Shown piece after piece: positions 27,555 through 36,240 of a DNA stretch of 64,000 nt (position 1 is the stretch's first letter; each line of letters starts with the position of its first letter). A program made the translations under genes and the position numbers. Below the pieces are notes generated by a model, which was not told where the DNA came from, searched no databases, and saw only the letters and a program-made list of their open reading frames with translations. The stretch spans positions 124,001 to 188,000 of IMG/VR virus record IMGVR_UViG_3300029258_002750; one strand, given 5' to 3'.

Positions 27555-27841
27555 GGCCGGGCCAGGTCGGCCAGATAGTCGATGACCATCTTGGGTGACA
27601 CCGGCTCCCAGTTGTTGGTCTTCTCGGCGTCGAGCATGGGGACGAGCTGGATGCGGATCTTGCCGGGCTCGTGCTCGCCGAGATGCTTGAGTGCGCGAGC
27701 GCGGGCGACCTGGCCGACGTTGCAGAGCTGGCGGCGCACGTAGGACATGGACCCGAGCGAGCAGTAGAAGACGAGCGGCTCGTAGCTCTCATCGACGGCG
27801 ATCTTGACGCGGCTGGCCGCGATGGCGTCGGTCGGGCTCAT
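27551..27841 (-). CDS. hypothetical protein with C-tag
   Basis: MVIDYLADL. Confidence 0.7.
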   Translation of the reverse strand: MSPTDAIAASRVKIAVDESYEPLVFYCSLGSMSYVRRQLCNVGQVARARALKHLGEHEPGKIRIQLVPMLDAEKTNNWEPVSPKMVIDYLADLARP

Positions 27842-28062
27842 TCGACCGGGTCTCCGAGCTTCCAGCGCGCGAGGTCACCGAGCTGCTCGACGGCCGAGAT
27901 CACGCGGACCTGCTCGGTCGGGATGCCGACCAACGGCCGGTCCCACTGGTCCGGCTGGATGTTCACAAACGTGCCCATGGGGCCGACTCCGAAGACCGTT
28001 CCGCGCAGGCCGCGAGTGCCGGGGAGGCCCTCGAAGATCTCCACCCGGTCGCCGGGCTTCAT
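27838..28062 (-). CDS. SH3/KOW-like protein with C-tag
   Basis: MKPGDRVEI; SAVEQLGDL. Confidence 0.8.
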   Translation of the reverse strand: MKPGDRVEIFEGLPGTRGLRGTVFGVGPMGTFVNIQPDQWDRPLVGIPTEQVRVISAVEQLGDLARWKLGDPVE

Positions 28063-28280
28063 CCGCCGCCGCCGATCCAGAGATCGTCGCCGCGCAGGAA
28101 CACGTCATGGGCGATATTCCAACCCTTCTTGGACTCGGCCTTTAGGGTGCCCATGAAGTGCCCCTTGTCCACGCGAATGTAGGCTCCCATCTCGCCGAAC
28201 AGGTCGTCGATCCAGATGTAGACGTCATCGCACTCCGCGAGGGCCTCATCGATCTGATCGGGCTTGAGCTTGAGCTGCAC
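28059..28280 (-). CDS. hypothetical protein
   Basis: GTG 28280 with GGAGG 8 nt upstream. Confidence 0.65.
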   Translation of the reverse strand: MQLKLKPDQIDEALAECDDVYIWIDDLFGEMGAYIRVDKGHFMGTLKAESKKGWNIAHDVFLRGDDLWIGGGG

Positions 28281-28299
28281 GGTTCTCGCCTCCGCCACC

Positions 28300-28318
28300 G
28301 TTCTACCCGGGGTAGAAC
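28300..28318. promoter_or_regulatory. back-to-back promoter pair GTTCTACCCGGGGTAGAAC
   Basis: 19-bp inverted repeat at strand switch; plus copy N6-ATG 28325. Confidence 0.75.
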
Positions 28319-28324
28319 GAGGGC

Positions 28325-28702
28325 ATGACCTACTTGCTCCTGGGAATCGCGGCCGTGGCTCTTCTGTCCGTCTTGTCCTACGCGGCTACGCCAGCCGAGG
28401 TCGGGCGCGCGTGTTCGTGTGAGCACTGCTCGTGGTACCTGAACAAGCGGCCGGGGTGCTCGGGGCCGATGGTGCGGGCGCCCTACATCCCGATCTCGAT
28501 CATCGAGGGTCTTCTCCTCAAACCGATTACCGAGCCCGGCCCGGTCACCTTCCTCCGCTACAAGTACCCGCTCATTCGCCGCGTCAACGCGCGCACGGTG
28601 GCTGAGAAGCTGGTGCGGGTCGAGCCGATGCCGAAGGACTGGCTGCCTGCCGAGCTACGCGTCTTTGAGGGTATGCCTCCTCCGATGAGGAATCGCGTGT
28701 GA
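28325..28702 (+). CDS. exported/membrane-anchored hypothetical protein
   Basis: hydrophobic N-terminus; CSCEHC. Confidence 0.7.
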   Translation: MTYLLLGIAAVALLSVLSYAATPAEVGRACSCEHCSWYLNKRPGCSGPMVRAPYIPISIIEGLLLKPITEPGPVTFLRYKYPLIRRVNARTVAEKLVRVEPMPKDWLPAELRVFEGMPPPMRNRV

Positions 28703-29064
28703 CCGACGCCGAGGCCATCAAGTGGCTCCGCAAGCACGGGTGTGTGGTGATCTTCCACGAGGACCGGATCATCGCGTTCCGGCCGCGAGGTCTGGTCAAC
28801 CTGTCCGCCGCCGGTAACAGCGACTCGCCGTCGCCGATGATCTCGTTCCCGCACGGCTCGACGTTCGGCTACACGGAGCACGCTGGCGAGACCGTCGCCG
28901 AGCTGGTCGAGCACGTTCGATCATGCTGGCTGGACAACGACGCTGGGGTAATCGATGGCCTGGCAGACTGCTGTGAGGAGAGCAGTCCGCCCGGCGTTGA
29001 GTTGTACGTCGGCACATCGATGCGGGAGAGATACCCAGGGCTCGTGGAGGAGGGTAAGGAATGA
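28699..29064 (+). CDS. hypothetical protein
   Basis: coupled ORF. Confidence 0.7.
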   Translation: MTDAEAIKWLRKHGCVVIFHEDRIIAFRPRGLVNLSAAGNSDSPSPMISFPHGSTFGYTEHAGETVAELVEHVRSCWLDNDAGVIDGLADCCEESSPPGVELYVGTSMRERYPGLVEEGKE

Positions 29065-29378
29065 GCTACGAGGACTACGAGGCCCACAAGGCGGAGATGG
29101 AGCGAGTTGTTCCGCAGATCGCCACCGAGCTTGGAGAGGCGCTGGAGTCCGCGCCGCCGGAGGTGAAGGGAGCCTTCTTCATCGTCGCCGGGTCGCTCGG
29201 CAACGGGATGATGGGCCTGTTCGGAGGGCGTCGAGCCGTCGCCCGAGCCCGACGACGCGGGCTTTGCGGGCTAACGTCGTTGTTCAACTCGACGGCGCGG
29301 GACGCGGCCTTCGGGATTCTGCGCAAGTGGATGGTCGAGACGTTCGACTGGTACTCCGCGCACGAAGGACTGTCGTGA
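29061..29378 (+). CDS. hypothetical protein
   Basis: coupled ORF. Confidence 0.7.
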   Translation: MSYEDYEAHKAEMERVVPQIATELGEALESAPPEVKGAFFIVAGSLGNGMMGLFGGRRAVARARRRGLCGLTSLFNSTARDAAFGILRKWMVETFDWYSAHEGLS

Positions 29379-29641
29379 ACGATCGCGGCTTCCGACCCGG
29401 TGACCGCGTGTGGATCGATCCCTCTCAGGAGGAGGTCTGGAGGGAGACTCGTCGGCCGATCTACGTGATCTCCTACTTCGGCCAGCGCGAGATCGGCGGT
29501 CGCGAGCGGCCGTGCGCGAGGCTTGCTGTAGCACCGGGGCCGAGCACCTGGGCGTCCAGGCAGAATCCGCCGTCGTGGGTCCCAATCGAATGGCTGCGGC
29601 ACGCCGATGATCTGGTGACGCGCCTCGGGAGGCTCGCGTGA
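29375..29641 (+). CDS. SH3/KOW-like protein with C-tag
   Basis: FRPGDRVWI; DLVTRLGRL. Confidence 0.8.
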   Translation: MNDRGFRPGDRVWIDPSQEEVWRETRRPIYVISYFGQREIGGRERPCARLAVAPGPSTWASRQNPPSWVPIEWLRHADDLVTRLGRLA

Positions 29642-29877
29642 GCGAGTTCCGCGTTCGCGATCGGGTGAGGATCGCCGAGGATCGTCGGCGTCCCGGCAAG
29701 TTCATGATTCTGGGACTCGAGCCCAAGCGGGCACGCGGGGCCGACCTGGCGGTTCCGTGTGCGCTCGTGCAGCGGCTCAGGGAGGGTCTGGGAGAGATCA
29801 ATCAGGTCTTCTGGATCGAGGAGAGCGCGCTGGAGCACGCCGAGGATGCTGTGTCGCGGCTCGGGAGGCTCGCGTGA
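29638..29877 (+). CDS. SH3/KOW-like protein with C-tag
   Basis: FRVRDRVRI; DAVSRLGRL. Confidence 0.8.
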   Translation: MSEFRVRDRVRIAEDRRRPGKFMILGLEPKRARGADLAVPCALVQRLREGLGEINQVFWIEESALEHAEDAVSRLGRLA

Positions 29878-30278
29878 GGGGCAACACGACGACCTGTCCG
29901 ATGTGCCGTGGGGAGGCCAAGCGTACCGGGGCTTCCGAGGTTGATCTGGTCCTTCAGCTCCGCCAGCTGTTCGCCTGTCAGTTTTGCGACTGGTCGGGAT
30001 GGTTACCCGGCGAGGAGCTGGACAACATGCGCGCGCTCGGCGGTGTCTCGCCCGAGTTCCGCGTTGGGGATCGCGTGCGAGTCAACGAGCACTACGGCCT
30101 CCAGCCTGGCATCTACGTGGTGATGGAGACGGGCCTGCGCGTCGATCCCGAGACTCACGGACTGAGGATGTCGGCTCTCATCTCGCTCGAACGGGTCGGC
30201 GTTGACGCCGTCACGATCTCTGTCGAGTACCTTGACCATGTGGACGACGCTGTGACCAGGCTGGGTAGGCTCTCGTGA
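29874..30278 (+). CDS. Zn ribbon + SH3-like protein with C-tag
   Basis: CPMC...CQFC; FRVGDRVRV; DAVTRLGRL. Confidence 0.8.
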   Translation: MRGNTTTCPMCRGEAKRTGASEVDLVLQLRQLFACQFCDWSGWLPGEELDNMRALGGVSPEFRVGDRVRVNEHYGLQPGIYVVMETGLRVDPETHGLRMSALISLERVGVDAVTISVEYLDHVDDAVTRLGRLS

Positions 30279-30511
30279 GCTTCGCGACACTGTTCTGCGG
30301 CGGCTTCCGCGCGGGTGACCGTGTGCGTGTGAAGGGCGTCGAGATCATCGGCCGGATCAGGAAGTTTGAGATGCGCGCGGAGGAAGTGAAGGGCCTCGTG
30401 ATGTGGGCGATGGTGGTGTCGGAGACCCCTCGCATCGGCGCCGTCTGGTCGAAGATCGCCGAGCTGGAGCACGCGAGCGATGCCGTCACACGGCTGGGTC
30501 GGTTGGTGTGA
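30275..30511 (+). CDS. SH3/KOW-like protein with C-tag
   Basis: FRAGDRVRV; DAVTRLGRL. Confidence 0.8.
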   Translation: MSFATLFCGGFRAGDRVRVKGVEIIGRIRKFEMRAEEVKGLVMWAMVVSETPRIGAVWSKIAELEHASDAVTRLGRLV

Positions 30512-30604
30512 AGGTCTACCTGATCTATCTTCGTCGTCGCGCTCGTGCGCGAGAGGGAGGTCCGGGGATCGGTCGTCGATGCACTGGCGGAGGTGGTGCG
30601 ATGA
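30508..30604 (+). pseudogene. frameshifted C-tagged mini-gene
   Basis: GTG 30508 frame VKVYLIY; +1 frame FVVALVREREVRGSVVDALAEVVR* ends in ATGA overlap. Confidence 0.5.
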
Positions 30605-30840
30605 GGGAGACGGCCTTCGCCGTTGGCGACCGCGTGCGGTGGGCGGTTGGTGTCGAGCATGTTGCGCATCTCGCAGCGTCTCGTATGCGGGGAAGGGTCA
30701 CGAATATCGTAAGAGGTGGTCGTCTGCACGTGGTCTGGGACGGATCGTGCTACGAGTGTCCTCCGGTCTTCGTGTGGCCCAAAGACCTGGAGACGGTAGA
30801 CGCCGTCTCTCAGCTTGGGGAACTGGCCGATGGAGTATGA
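30601..30840 (+). CDS. SH3/KOW-like protein with C-tag
   Basis: FAVGDRVRW; DAVSQLGEL. Confidence 0.8.
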   Translation: MRETAFAVGDRVRWAVGVEHVAHLAASRMRGRVTNIVRGGRLHVVWDGSCYECPPVFVWPKDLETVDAVSQLGELADGV

Positions 30841-31099
30841 AGGCCCTGCGTTCCGGCCTGGTGATCGTGTCCGCTGGCTCTCGTGGAAGAACAACCGCGC
30901 TGGCTTCCCGTCTGTTCGACACGGATGGGTCCGCCGAATCGTCGAGCCAGCGCGCTCCGCTCACGGGCCGCGTCTGCTGATCGATGTCGATCCGTTCTGG
31001 GGCGAGGTACCGACGGCGATTGAGCTTCTGCCGCACCTGCACGGGGTCCGCAAGCTCTCGGCCATCGACGCGCTCGCCCAGCTGATGAGGAACCCGTGA
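30830..31099 (+). CDS. SH3/KOW-like protein with C-tag
   Basis: FRPGDRVRW; SAIDALAQL. Confidence 0.8.
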   Translation: MEYEGPAFRPGDRVRWLSWKNNRAGFPSVRHGWVRRIVEPARSAHGPRLLIDVDPFWGEVPTAIELLPHLHGVRKLSAIDALAQLMRNP

Positions 31100-31144
31100 T
31101 CGACGGCGATCGAGTGCGCTATCGCGGCCCGAAGGAGAAGTAGC

Positions 31145-31897
31145 GTGGGAATGCAGGGTCGCGCTGTTCCGCCAGGGCCGCCGCGTCGGCCTATGCGCTC
31201 ATTCCACACGAAGCCGCCCGAGCCGCCGATGTTTAGCCTTCGGCCGAGCGAGCGTCGTGAGGACGAGCGGTGCGCGCTCTGTCATGACGGGCCGACCGGC
31301 CTGGTCATCTGCCGGGGATGCGGCGCGCTGACGCACGCCCAGTGCCTCCTCCACCACGGCTCGTGCCCGACCCCGGGCTGCGACGAGCGCGATCCCATGC
31401 AGGAGCCGCCGCCGAGCGTGCGCGGCCAGCTCAAGGAGTGGCGCAACTTCTTCCGGGGCGAGAAAGGTCCGAGAGAGGAGCCTCGCTGTCGTCACAAGTT
31501 CGGCAAGGACCAGCGGTGCGTCTACTGCCACAGGGACGTGGACGACATCTGGCAGGACGGTCCGCCGGTCTACGAGGATCCTGACGCTCGCGGGCCGTGC
31601 AAGAAGTGCGGCAAGGAGGTCTTCGCCGGGCTGAACTGCCTAGCAGAGCAGGACCAGTACGGCGAGGATGCCGCCTACTACCACATGAGCTGCTGGCGGA
31701 AGCTCAAGGACCAGGAGCGAGAGAAGCGCAGGCCGCGCTGGTGGGCGAGTGCAGAGCTGTGGGTAGCCGCGCTCTTCGTGATGTTCCTGATTGCTGGTAT
31801 AGGCGAGTTGATCGTCACCGGGGAGCCCACGTTGATGCTCACCGCCATCTTGGCATTGGTGCTCTGGCTCATGGACCAGAAGCGGCGGCGGCGATGA
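31145..31897 (+). CDS. multi-Zn-finger protein with C-terminal membrane anchor
   Basis: several CxxC/HxxC; two C-terminal hydrophobic segments. Confidence 0.75.
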   Translation: MGMQGRAVPPGPPRRPMRSFHTKPPEPPMFSLRPSERREDERCALCHDGPTGLVICRGCGALTHAQCLLHHGSCPTPGCDERDPMQEPPPSVRGQLKEWRNFFRGEKGPREEPRCRHKFGKDQRCVYCHRDVDDIWQDGPPVYEDPDARGPCKKCGKEVFAGLNCLAEQDQYGEDAAYYHMSCWRKLKDQEREKRRPRWWASAELWVAALFVMFLIAGIGELIVTGEPTLMLTAILALVLWLMDQKRRRR

Positions 31898-32133
31898 GCC
31901 TGATCCCTGTTGGCACCAGAGTCCGGCGCTGCGGCTGGCCGACCGATCCTCACCACGACTACGTGGGGACCGTCATCGACCACAACCACAACACCGAGAA
32001 TCCGCAGAGCCGCCTGCGCTACGACGTGATCGAGTGGGACCATCTTCCGGGCACGCGCTCCCAGTGGGTCGAGAACCACGCTGGCATCGTGCCGCTGAAC
32101 GCGATCGAGCTGATGGGAGAGCTGGTCGAATGA
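31894..32133 (+). CDS. SH3-like protein with C-tag (paralog of 8684-8932)
   Basis: IPVGTRVR..GTVIDH..WVEN..IV; NAIELMGEL. Confidence 0.8.
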   Translation: MSLIPVGTRVRRCGWPTDPHHDYVGTVIDHNHNTENPQSRLRYDVIEWDHLPGTRSQWVENHAGIVPLNAIELMGELVE

Positions 32134-32507
32134 CCGAGGTCATCTGCCCCTACTGCGGCCAGCCCGCCCAGCTGACCGACTCGGCCGAGGTCTACGGCGG
32201 CCGGTCCTACGGCAACATCTGGCTCTGCCGACCGTGCGGTGCGCGCGTGGGTACCCACAAGCGCGACGGCAAGACCCCGCTTGGGACGCTTGCTGACGCC
32301 CCGCTGCGAGCGCTCAGGATGCGCGTGCACGGAGACTTCGATCCGCTCTGGAAGCAGGACCCCGAGCCGAGAGGCGCGCGCCTCCGCTGGTACCGGCGGC
32401 TCGCCGAGGCGATGGGGATCGAGCTGAAGGACTGCCATATGGCCATGTTCGACGAGGAGTCGTGTCGTCGGGCGTTGGAGGCGATCGAGATCATCCGACC
32501 CGGGTAG
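32130..32507 (+). CDS. DUF3268-like zinc-finger protein
   Basis: CPYCG..A.L....VYG......WLC..C.A.VG.H.....PLGTLA...LR..R...H..FDPLW. Confidence 0.8.
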   Translation: MTEVICPYCGQPAQLTDSAEVYGGRSYGNIWLCRPCGARVGTHKRDGKTPLGTLADAPLRALRMRVHGDFDPLWKQDPEPRGARLRWYRRLAEAMGIELKDCHMAMFDEESCRRALEAIEIIRPG

Positions 32508-32510
32508 AAC
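32502..32510 (+). promoter_or_regulatory. GGGTAGAAC putative promoter, leaderless
   Basis: 6 nt before ATG 32517; TAG is upstream stop. Confidence 0.75.
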
Positions 32511-32516
32511 GTCAGT

Positions 32517-32756
32517 ATGGTGCGAGCCGGGCTAAGAGAGGGCGAGAGGGTCTGGGTGCGGGCGATCGGGGGGTCGCTCGAGCGCGCGCCCCGCCGGGCC
32601 ACGGTCACCTGCACCGGGTCTTCGGCTCTGCCGACCCCGGCTCGCTACTACGACGTCGAGTTCGACGCGGGCGATGAGCGGCGGCTCTGGCTCGGCGACC
32701 ACAACTACGACGTGTGGAAGCGATCCGCGATCGATCGGCTAGGAGAGCTGGCATGA
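32517..32756 (+). CDS. SH3/KOW-like protein with C-tag
   Basis: LREGERVWVR; SAIDRLGEL. Confidence 0.8.
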   Translation: MVRAGLREGERVWVRAIGGSLERAPRRATVTCTGSSALPTPARYYDVEFDAGDERRLWLGDHNYDVWKRSAIDRLGELA

Positions 32757-33331
32757 CTCCCGACCAGAAGGTGAAGGCGGCCGAGGCCGCGCTCAAGAAG
32801 GCGCAGGACGAGGCGAAGCAGGCGAAGCTCGAACAACTCGCGCTCGCGGCCGACAAGAAGCTCGCCGAGGCGGCCCGCGCCGTCTGGGACATCGCCGATG
32901 CGGCCGATCATCCTGAGTGGCTCCACGACATGGAGAAGCAGGTCCACCTGGTGCGCGACAGGATCGCCCTCTCGCTCCTCGGGGCCGGGCCGCGCGTCGA
33001 GGGCCTGGAGAAGCTCGACCCGCATCGGTGGGGGCCGGGCGAGTTCGCAACCAACGAGCCGCACACCTACACGACCGACGAGGATGTGCACCACGCCATC
33101 GCGACCTGGATCTTCGATACGCTCGGTGTGCGCGGCTACGAGCGAGGCCGTCAGGAGAAGTGGGAAGAGCAGTGGTCCAAGGAGGAGATGGACGGGCACG
33201 AGGAGGCGCTGGCCCGGATCCGCGAGCTGATCTTCAACGCCTTCAAGGCGGCCTACGGCAACGAGTCGCGCGCCCGCGAGTTCGCCAACGAGAGCACCCG
33301 GGCCTGGCGCGAGGGCAGACACGACACGTGA
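32753..33331 (+). CDS. hypothetical protein
   Basis: ATG 32753 coupled. Confidence 0.75.
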   Translation: MTPDQKVKAAEAALKKAQDEAKQAKLEQLALAADKKLAEAARAVWDIADAADHPEWLHDMEKQVHLVRDRIALSLLGAGPRVEGLEKLDPHRWGPGEFATNEPHTYTTDEDVHHAIATWIFDTLGVRGYERGRQEKWEEQWSKEEMDGHEEALARIRELIFNAFKAAYGNESRAREFANESTRAWREGRHDT

Positions 33332-33621
33332 CTACCGTCTTCGTCGTCCTGCGCGACTACATGGGCGATCATCACGCCCACCCCGAGTTCGAGTCGGTCT
33401 GGTGGAACAGGGAAGAGGCCCGGGAGGAGTGTTTGCGGCTCGCGGAGGAGGAGATGACAAGGAGCACCGGCTACATCCTCCGCCTTCGGGTCACCGACAG
33501 CGTAGTACGTATTGAGCACAAGCTCACTGGTGGCACCTGGGCGGATCGGACGCTCTTCTTCACGAAGCCCGTCGGGATTCGCGGGTCAGCTGTCATGGCG
33601 CTAGCGAGTCTGGTGCGATGA
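33328..33621 (+). CDS. hypothetical protein with C-tag
   Basis: SAVMALASL. Confidence 0.7.
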   Translation: MTTVFVVLRDYMGDHHAHPEFESVWWNREEAREECLRLAEEEMTRSTGYILRLRVTDSVVRIEHKLTGGTWADRTLFFTKPVGIRGSAVMALASLVR

Positions 33622-33851
33622 GAGCGCGGCCGACGGACGACTTCTGGTACCGCTTCGACCCCGGCGACCGGGTGGAGGGCATTCCCGGCTCGGCGACGCT
33701 TCGCGGCCGACGCGGCACCTTTCTCGGCTACCACGACCGCAACGACACGCTGGTCGTCGTCCAGTTCGACGACGAGGTCGACCCGGAATCCGAGCCGATC
33801 TCGCTGCTCCAGAAGCTCGGGGCGGTGGAGAGTCTGGGAGAACTGGCGTGA
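33618..33851 (+). CDS. SH3/KOW-like protein with C-tag
   Basis: FDPGDRVEG; GAVESLGEL. Confidence 0.8.
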   Translation: MRARPTDDFWYRFDPGDRVEGIPGSATLRGRRGTFLGYHDRNDTLVVVQFDDEVDPESEPISLLQKLGAVESLGELA

Positions 33852-34261
33852 ACCGGCTCGAGGCAGCGGAGCAGCTCGGCCCGGCCGACGACACGGTCTT
33901 CATCGTGTTCGAGTGGCGCGAGGAGGGCTACACGGCCAACGTCGGCCGCCGCGAGCTGAGGAAGACGAGGGACAAGCTCATCATCCTCGGCCTCTACTGG
34001 ACCGAGGGCCTCGCGCGGCGGCGAATCCACGAGGAGATGGCGAAGCCATCAGGCGAGGACTGGGGAAGCGCGGGCGCGCACGAGGTCCCCAGCCCGCCGC
34101 TCCCGATCGACATCTCCTCGCCGGTGGCGATGTGGCGACTCCGGCGGCGGCGAAAGGACTCCTACCGCAAGTTCCTTGCGATCTGGAAGGTCCAGGTCTT
34201 CGGCTGCGCGATCGACCGCCTGGCGGCCATGGTCGAGGAGCACAACGAGCGAGCAACGTGA
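33848..34261 (+). CDS. hypothetical protein with C-tag
   Basis: CAIDRLAAM. Confidence 0.75.
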   Translation: MNRLEAAEQLGPADDTVFIVFEWREEGYTANVGRRELRKTRDKLIILGLYWTEGLARRRIHEEMAKPSGEDWGSAGAHEVPSPPLPIDISSPVAMWRLRRRRKDSYRKFLAIWKVQVFGCAIDRLAAMVEEHNERAT

Positions 34262-34533
34262 ACATGAAGACGCACATCACCCAGGCCGGTGAGGAGATCT
34301 CCCAGCACCTCGATCTCGGCCAGCGCGAGTTTCCGCCCGGCTGCTCCGGCGAGGGGATCGTGGTGTGCGCGACCTCGTCGTGCGATGCGTCGTTCCTCTA
34401 CGGTCCTGTCCCGGCATTCTGGGAGTACGTCGAGGCGGCCGGGATCGGCTCCTACCACTGCCCGAAGCACGCGCTCCATCCGGCGTCGGCCGTGGACCAG
34501 CTCGGCGGCCTCGCCGACGAGGAAGACGAGTGA
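34258..34533 (+). CDS. Zn-binding protein with C-tag
   Basis: CATSSC...HCPKH; SAVDQLGGL. Confidence 0.75.
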   Translation: MNMKTHITQAGEEISQHLDLGQREFPPGCSGEGIVVCATSSCDASFLYGPVPAFWEYVEAAGIGSYHCPKHALHPASAVDQLGGLADEEDE

Positions 34534-34784
34534 ACCGCTACGACGACTATGCGGAGATGGACCAGTACGGCGAGTCGATTCTCAGCAAGGCGATGCGCAT
34601 CTACCGGCCGCCCGAGGCATCCGCGATCGACCGCCTGGCAGCTGTGACCGACAAGGAGGCGGCCCGCCGCGTTCGGGAGTGGGACGAGCACGTCGAGCGG
34701 ATGCGGGAGAACCTCGAGATCGTCAAGAGGCTCTCGCTTACGCCCGCCCGGTTCGAGTTCAAGATCGACGTGGGAGAGCTGTGA
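34530..34784 (+). CDS. helical protein containing C-tag
   Basis: SAIDRLAAVTD...; similar to 20341 second half. Confidence 0.75.
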   Translation: MNRYDDYAEMDQYGESILSKAMRIYRPPEASAIDRLAAVTDKEAARRVREWDEHVERMRENLEIVKRLSLTPARFEFKIDVGEL

Positions 34785-35107
34785 TGCTGAGTGCCAAGAA
34801 TCTGCTGCGGAACATCCTCGGCCCGAACGTCGAGCTGGTGAAGGTCGATGCGCCGATCTTCAAGGCCGGGATCGGTGAACCGTTGGTGGCCGCCCTCCGA
34901 CGTTTCGAGGACGAGGACCACCTGATCGACTCGGCCTTCGCCGAGGGGTGGGAGAAGCTCTACGTCTACGAGATTCGCGGGTGGCTGCGCGGTCCCTACT
35001 TCATTCGTGGGGCCGTCGAGCCCGGCCCATGGCTCTGCGGACACCACGGACGGTGCTCGTGCCTCTGGCATCACCAGACGCAGCGGCGGCGACGGAGGTG
35101 GATGTGA
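34781..35107 (+). CDS. hypothetical protein
   Basis: coupled ORF. Confidence 0.65.
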   Translation: MMLSAKNLLRNILGPNVELVKVDAPIFKAGIGEPLVAALRRFEDEDHLIDSAFAEGWEKLYVYEIRGWLRGPYFIRGAVEPGPWLCGHHGRCSCLWHHQTQRRRRRWM

Positions 35108-35664
35108 GCGAGTTCGATCCCGGCCACGGCTACAACGACGGCTACGGAGACTTCGGCCGCGATCCGGCTCCATACGATCCCCAGACTGCGCTGTGGGTGA
35201 TGGGGGCGATCGACGAGCTGCGCGGCCTCGGGATCATCGAGGAGATCGCGGGCGAGAATCCCCTTGGCGGCCGTGAAGACAGGAAGCGCTACCGCGAGCT
35301 GAAGAAGTCCGGCTTTGTTCCCCAGCTGACCGAAGCGATGAAGGTCGTCAAGGCCCACGTGCTCGCCGAAGATCAGCCTCTCTTCGAGCGCCTGTTCCGA
35401 GGGATCATCGAAGAAGGGTGGGAGTCGATCCGACGCGAGCGTGATCTCATGCTCGAAGAAGAACGACAGTCGCAGGTCAGCGCTGACGACGACGATGATC
35501 CCTACGCGCCGTTCCGCGAGTTCTACAAGCGGCACGGGATCTATCTGCCCAAGGATTCGACTGCCGAGGGGCGCCCAGATGCGCAAAAAAAGGTGCCATC
35601 GGAAGAAGAGCCGCGCCCGCGCCCCGAGGACTACGGCTTCCCGAGCGACTGGGTGCTGCTATGA
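35104..35664 (+). CDS. acidic hypothetical protein
   Basis: GTG 35104 coupled. Confidence 0.7.
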   Translation: MSEFDPGHGYNDGYGDFGRDPAPYDPQTALWVMGAIDELRGLGIIEEIAGENPLGGREDRKRYRELKKSGFVPQLTEAMKVVKAHVLAEDQPLFERLFRGIIEEGWESIRRERDLMLEEERQSQVSADDDDDPYAPFREFYKRHGIYLPKDSTAEGRPDAQKKVPSEEEPRPRPEDYGFPSDWVLL

Positions 35665-36008
35665 CGAGTGTTCCGCCGATCGACCCACCATGCGCTGAGT
35701 GCGGGGCTGGCGAAGGTGAGCCGTGCGTAGGGCCGCACAGCGCGGACGTCGAGGGCGAGGAGCACGTCTACGCGATCGGCGACCGGGTCCAGTGGACCTC
35801 CTCCAGCGACGGCGGAATGAGCCGACGCCAGGTCGGCCCGATCGAGGGGACCGTTGCTGAGATCATGGACTCCGGCCGCGTTTGCGTGGACTGGGACAAG
35901 CCGTTCGACAGGAAGTATCGGTCGATCCCGATCGTCGTCTGGCCCGCTGACATCGAGCCGGTTGATGCTGTCTCGCGACTGGGGGATCTGCTCGATGACG
36001 GCGCCTGA
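35661..36008 (+). CDS. Zn finger + SH3-like protein with C-tag
   Basis: CAECGA..GEPC; YAIGDRVQW; DAVSRLGDL. Confidence 0.8.
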   Translation: MTSVPPIDPPCAECGAGEGEPCVGPHSADVEGEEHVYAIGDRVQWTSSSDGGMSRRQVGPIEGTVAEIMDSGRVCVDWDKPFDRKYRSIPIVVWPADIEPVDAVSRLGDLLDDGA

Positions 36009-36240
36009 GCCGGAGTTCAGCGTCGGCGACCACGTCGTTCACTATGTGCCTGAGGTCGGCATCCGCGAGCGCGGCGAGGTCAACTGGGTGCGCACGAGCA
36101 AAACACGCGTCAGCTACGATGTGATCTTCAGGCACGGGGACGGCCGTCTCAAGGGCCTGCTCAAGGAGGTCGATCCGGCGTGGCTGCTGCCGCTCTCAGC
36201 CGTCGAGCGGCTCGGAGACCTGGGAGACCTGGCAGGATGA
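35995..36240 (+). CDS. SH3/KOW-like protein with C-tag
   Basis: FSVGDHVVH; SAVERLGDL. Confidence 0.8.
   Translation: MTAPEPEFSVGDHVVHYVPEVGIRERGEVNWVRTSKTRVSYDVIFRHGDGRLKGLLKEVDPAWLLPLSAVERLGDLGDLAG

Noticed and set aside
29375-31099. Diversity-generating retroelement acting on the SH3 paralogs
   Set aside because: No reverse transcriptase and no near-identical template/variable repeat pair differing at adenines in this window.
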